A stretch of DNA of 10,084 nt. Origin: Candidatus Eiseniibacteriota bacterium. GTDB taxonomy: Bacteria; Eisenbacteria; RBG-16-71-46; CAZEPH01. Of the stretch, positions 7,701 through 10,084 are shown piece by piece. Position numbers and translations under genes: made by a program. The DNA is taken from positions 1 to 10,084 of the forward strand of contig JBGATO010000114.1 of assembly GCA_044229145.1 (NCBI GenBank). The letters run 5' to 3'. The notes under the pieces were generated by a model. It made no database searches and had not been told where the DNA came from. It was given only the letters and a program-made list of their open reading frames with translations. Numbering within the stretch: the first letter of the stretch is position 1; the number at the start of each line of letters is the position of its first letter.

Positions 7701-8023
7701 TGGTGCGCAACGTCACCGGCATCGTGTCGACGCCGGAGCCGAAATCCTCGACGTTCGCCGTCACGGTCGGGGCGAATCCGCACACGCGGGCGCTGCGGTT
7801 CCGGCTCCAGACGCCCGAGTCGGGCCGCGCGTCGTTGCGGGTCTACGACATCCGCGGACGGCTGGTGGCCACGCTCTTCGATCAAGCCGTGACGCCCGGT
7901 TCGCACACGATCGCCTGGGATGGCCGCAACGGGGCTGGCGCGCCGGCGCCGAGTGGTGTTTACTTGTATCGGTTCCAACACAATCGGCGGCAGGCCGACG
8001 GGACGATCGTGTTCGTCCGCTAG
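4712..8023 (+). CDS. Secreted multidomain protein: tyrosinase/type-3 copper-like domain + vWA + beta-rich/Ig-like domains + FlgD-Ig (T9SS-CTD-like) tail, 1103 aa
   Basis: GGAGG SD at 4698-4702 before ATG 4712; signal peptide ...AIAIAVGGASCAFA; CuA-like LIQYHRALSDRYD; CuB-like WHSQLH...DM...NPNDPIFWMTHRKLD; vWA TDFVLVLDRSSAM...RVGVVTYG...GTPSLAAGIEAA...KVIVVL...AIGVG...LRTLAESHGG; tail NP...LRVYDIRGRLVATL...GSHTIAWDGRNGAG.PAPSGVYLYRF. Confidence 0.88.
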   Translation: MSTSHILRRVMPAIAIAVGGASCAFALVQPAWMYNQAHVAHDPIPWDSGLAGRDEPIQQLIKDDHDNWTSQKLPAACLGTTDDMSDWGDALIQYHRALSDRYDRWRLATGYDRVETWDAAPGAVMTGDGENTTTAYGNCASGGTRPAGTVCVNCKAFPTAFIGPDSLGAYATEGLVGSDMQCKTSFNASWHSQLHAQTTAAGGGVCQDMTLFEWNPNDPIFWMTHRKLDVTGRDYNRLQATDFVLVLDRSSAMDDNCPGGDANAGETPCLLNDSRLAARMFLDMVQNVRPGVGAAQHRVGVVTYGSGATALLGGSLVAANGAVSNDGVDDTALETALVAQGAGGTPSLAAGIEAARQMLATSTAPHKVIVVLAGAPNDGSLSYAALQDSLGEIDLAAIGVGAGFSDPEDSLRTLAESHGGLFLADPDLSAAPVTLWKHIATVFGHVTDENTALDPVESIPAGQVSNVPFTLQACTTDRRLTFVSAHDVSGANASCDLAWNIVTPAGNLVNLNDAGVEASDGPEWSLVRVTLPYRGETAGVWTGALVRPQTTFVNPFATDAFVSLVAGTSLVRNEIHRLIPAGAANVLYYEDGSRTGNSVYRNALNADVTAGTITTLTTATSAADFNTKLAQSWDLIVFARQIGLSAQVYDAALQAKICGGQKAILTDFYLPGTNPILTCAGVTLGAPANYASLTGDGRFFTGTIGLKNTTPAYTNFCYTETASVSGGPWLVQARTPANGGGIVGNGTACGAQSDYYAAYARGLGRIEATVTRPRVLVGQPLLATFRMTEANRPSGGWSAVSGTVTLDRPGAGALETYTLTDNATSGDICAGNNYWSYGTASTIATVPGPHTLHAAFNLTNAQGCVLHRETDYTIWVDADPAVTFRVNGSDTRVVNGGDSLNPLVCVVNRGAAADSFVVTVTDTRGWLVDRDGAPVGSASYHTGPLSGDTGICTLEMNPVWVSVKTPVTALDGDSTIVTYSAHSLGHPATPDQSGTVVVRNVTGIVSTPEPKSSTFAVTVGANPHTRALRFRLQTPESGRASLRVYDIRGRLVATLFDQAVTPGSHTIAWDGRNGAGAPAPSGVYLYRFQHNRRQADGTIVFVR

Positions 8024-8072
8024 TCCGCTTTGCCCCACGGCGTGCGCGGTGCGTCTCGGCGCCGCGCCGCGG

Positions 8073-8114
8073 GACGGCCGGTGCTCCGCAGGGAGCGCCG
8101 GCCGTCGTCGTTTT
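8073..8114. terminator. Probable bidirectional terminator between convergent genes
   Basis: GACGGCCGGTGCTCC [GCAG] GGAGCGCCGGCCGTC, 15-bp stem (one G-U on the + strand) followed by GTCGTTTT; lies between the stops at 8023 (+) and 8123 (-). Confidence 0.75.
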
Positions 8115-8122
8115 CCGGCGCG

Positions 8123-8872
8123 CTAGATGTACTGCCCGCCGTCGACCTTGATGACGTCGCCGGTGATCCAGGACGCACGATCGCCGCACAGGAAGCCGAC
8201 GAGGGCGGCGACATCGTCCGGTTCGCCGAGGCGGCCGAGCACGGATTCGGCGGTCGCCGCGGCGATGATGTCGTCCGGCAAGTGCGCGGTCATCGCGGTG
8301 CGCACGTAACCCGGCGCCACGGCGTTCGCGGTGACGCCATAGGGCCCCAACTCGAAGGCGAGCGTCTTGATCAGGCCGACGAGGCCCGCCTTCGCGGCCG
8401 CGTAGTTGGCGAGGCCGGCGCGCCCGCGCAGGCCATTGATCGACGACACCGCGACGATGCGGCCGCCGCGCGCGCGGCGGAAATGCGGCGCGGCGGCGCG
8501 GCAGTAGACCCAGGCGCCCTTGAGGTCGACGCCGAGCACGTCGTCCCACTGCTCTTCGCTCATGCGCCAGATCATCGCGTCGGCGGCGATGCCGGCGTTG
8601 CACACCAAGATGTCGAGTCGGCCGTGCGTGCGCACGACTCCGTCGACGATCTCCTGGGCGCGGGCGAGGTCGCGCACGTCGGCGGGGTGCGACGCGGCGT
8701 CGACCCCTGCGTCGCGCAGCCGCGCGGCGGTGGCGGCGACGGCCGCGGCATCCGCGTCCACCAGCACGAGGCGGGCACCGCTGCCGGCGAGTTCGCGCGC
8801 GATGGCCTCGCCGATCCCGCGCGCGGCGCCGGTGACCAGCGCGGTGCGGCCGGCGAGCGACGGTGCGGTCAT
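8123..8872 (-). CDS. Classical short-chain dehydrogenase/reductase, FabG/acetoacetyl-CoA-reductase-like, 249 aa
   Basis: TGAARGIG nucleotide-binding motif, CNAGI, SSING catalytic Ser, YAAAK, NAVAPGYV.T.MT, ITGDVIKVDGG C-terminus; GGAGG SD at 8883-8887; the ORF-track extension to 9505 overlaps another gene. Confidence 0.93.
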   Translation of the reverse strand: MTAPSLAGRTALVTGAARGIGEAIARELAGSGARLVLVDADAAAVAATAARLRDAGVDAASHPADVRDLARAQEIVDGVVRTHGRLDILVCNAGIAADAMIWRMSEEQWDDVLGVDLKGAWVYCRAAAPHFRRARGGRIVAVSSINGLRGRAGLANYAAAKAGLVGLIKTLAFELGPYGVTANAVAPGYVRTAMTAHLPDDIIAAATAESVLGRLGEPDDVAALVGFLCGDRASWITGDVIKVDGGQYI

Positions 8873-8908
8873 GGGCAGCGATCCTCCGGAGTTCGTAATG
8901 GGCATGCG

Positions 8909-8936
8909 AAAGGCGCCGGCGTCACCGCCGGCGCCT
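8909..8936 (-). terminator. Stem-loop/likely terminator after the IPTL-CTERM-like gene
   Basis: On the - strand AGGCGCCGGCG [GTGA] CGCCGGCGCCT-TT, perfect 11-bp stem with a GNRA loop and a short U-run, 31 nt after the stop at 8968. Confidence 0.6.
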
Positions 8937-8967
8937 GCGCAGTCTGCGATGGAACGCGGCTGGCGCG

Positions 8968-9777
8968 CTAGAGGCTCGTCGCCTGCGCGGCCCGCCGCGG
9001 GCGCCACGCCAGCAACGCGGCGAGTCCCGCGAGCAGCGCCAGCACGCCCGGCCACCCGAGCGCCGGCAGCGACTGAATGACCAAGCACGGCATCGTCTTC
9101 GCCGTCACGATGCCCTGGTTGCTCCAGTTCACGTACTGCCCCTGCGCGGTAATCGAGTAGGCGGACGTGTTGCAGTTCTCGTCGCGCGACCCGAGCAACT
9201 GCACGGTGCCGCCGGTGCGCACCGCGTCGAACGTCGTCGCCTCGATGCGGCTGCCGCCCGCGTAGCTCTCGTAGCCCCACACGTTCAGGACCGGCGGAAC
9301 GGGAATCGGGGCGCTGCCACTGCCGTGCGCCGGCGCGCCGGCGACCAAGCCCACCAGCGAGGTCCGCGCGTACAGGTTGCCGATGTACTGCCCCGAGTAA
9401 TAGTAGGTCGTGACCGTCCACTGGCCGACGTTGCAGATGGTGCCGACCGGCGCGAAGGTGCCTTGCGAGCCGGGGAACAGCTTGATGACGAAAACCGACG
9501 TCCACGTCGATCCGACGAGGCGCTGCGTGGTGAGCTGCGCCTGGATCGAACTCTGGTTCTGGATGTCGTACACGTCGGCCACCGGCAGCGACTGTCCCGG
9601 CCCCAGCGTGAGGAAGGTCGCCGAGTTCTGCAGCTTGTACATCACGTTGGCCGAGCCGGAATTGACGATCTGATCCACCGCCGACTGCGCGCGCACGGTG
9701 CTGACGCCGAGCACGCCGAGAAGCAGCGAGAAGATCAAAGCGACGGACGCACGACGACGCGGGAGCACAGGTGTCAT
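8968..9777 (-). CDS. Hypothetical exported protein with an IPTL-CTERM-like sorting signal, 269 aa
   Basis: GAGAGG SD before ATG 9777; signal peptide MTPVLPRRRASVALIFSLLLGVLGVSTVRA|Q; S/T/G/V-rich beta-type body; C-terminus SLPALGWPGVLALLAGLAALLAW-RPRR (motif + TM helix + basic cluster). Confidence 0.8.
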   Translation of the reverse strand: MTPVLPRRRASVALIFSLLLGVLGVSTVRAQSAVDQIVNSGSANVMYKLQNSATFLTLGPGQSLPVADVYDIQNQSSIQAQLTTQRLVGSTWTSVFVIKLFPGSQGTFAPVGTICNVGQWTVTTYYYSGQYIGNLYARTSLVGLVAGAPAHGSGSAPIPVPPVLNVWGYESYAGGSRIEATTFDAVRTGGTVQLLGSRDENCNTSAYSITAQGQYVNWSNQGIVTAKTMPCLVIQSLPALGWPGVLALLAGLAALLAWRPRRAAQATSL

Positions 9778-9954
9778 GGATCGCCTCTCAATGTCCGGCA
9801 CGCGGCGCGGCCGGACGCAGCACAGTTGGGGGCCAGTCACTCGAGGGATGGCCGCGATGGCGTGTGGCGGATGCGGCATCACCCACCACGCGAACGCGTC
9901 ACGATCGCCAGCCGGGGTGGGGAGAGGAGCCAGCTTCGGACGCGCGAGGCCTTG

Positions 9955-9983
9955 AGTATACCGGGCGGCGCCAGCTAGGCCAA
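9955..9983 (-). promoter_or_regulatory. Near-consensus sigma70 promoter upstream of the IPTL-CTERM-like gene
   Basis: On the - strand TTGGCC (9983-9978), 17-nt spacer, TATACT (9960-9955); the -35 overlaps the last codons of the upstream hydrolase gene. Confidence 0.65.
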
Positions 9984-10084
9984 GTACCGGCGCAGAAACC
10001 CGAGCGTTCGCACCCACGCCTGGGCTGCGGCGGCCTGATCCGCCGCGCGTCCGTCCGCGGGGTCGTCGAACCCGTGCCGGGCAC
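9975..10084 (-). CDS. C-terminal fragment of a dienelactone hydrolase-family alpha/beta hydrolase (runs off the window)
   Basis: Manual translation ARHGFDDPADGRAADQAAAAQAWVRTLGFLRRYLA* matches the DLH C-terminal pattern GAxHGF...AA..AW.RT..F....L containing the catalytic His; not in the supplied ORF track. Confidence 0.8.
   Translation of the reverse strand, partial: ARHGFDDPADGRAADQAAAAQAWVRTLGFLRRYLA

Noticed and set aside
4639..8151. Very long alternative-frame and antisense ORFs (4639..8151 +, 4682..8038 -, 2155..4986 -, 382..2073 -, 1134..3014 +, 8030..8971 +)
   Set aside because: Arg/Ala/Gly/Pro-rich or mirror translations with no motifs; the expected shadow ORFs of high-GC coding DNA overlapping well-supported genes

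Overview
High-GC bacterial window (about 70% GC by eye) with five complete genes and one partial gene. On the - strand at left is ETF:ubiquinone oxidoreductase (168..1874). Diverging from it on the + strand are two large predicted secreted proteins. The first is a 12-repeat kelch (double beta-propeller) protein (2140..4626). The second is an 1103-aa mosaic protein (4712..8023): a compact tyrosinase/type-3-copper-like N-terminal domain with a complete CuB but an apparently incomplete CuA His set, a vWA domain with a degenerate MIDAS, a CLCA/choice-of-anchor-X-like motif, Ig-like domains and a FlgD-Ig/T9SS-CTD-like tail. Converging on these from the right (- strand) are the C-terminus of a dienelactone-hydrolase-family gene (9975..>10084, absent from the ORF track), an unknown secreted protein with an IPTL-CTERM-like sorting signal (8968..9777) and a FabG-like SDR (8123..8872). 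Several terminator hairpins and sigma70-like promoters are visible. FlgD/T9SS-like tails in a high-GC genome suggest an FCB-related candidate phylum such as Eisenbacteria or Latescibacterota (inference only). The best candidate for an undescribed system is the secreted atypical dinuclear-metal/vWA protein and its tandem double-kelch neighbour. No CRISPR array, tRNA/rRNA or mobile element was seen.
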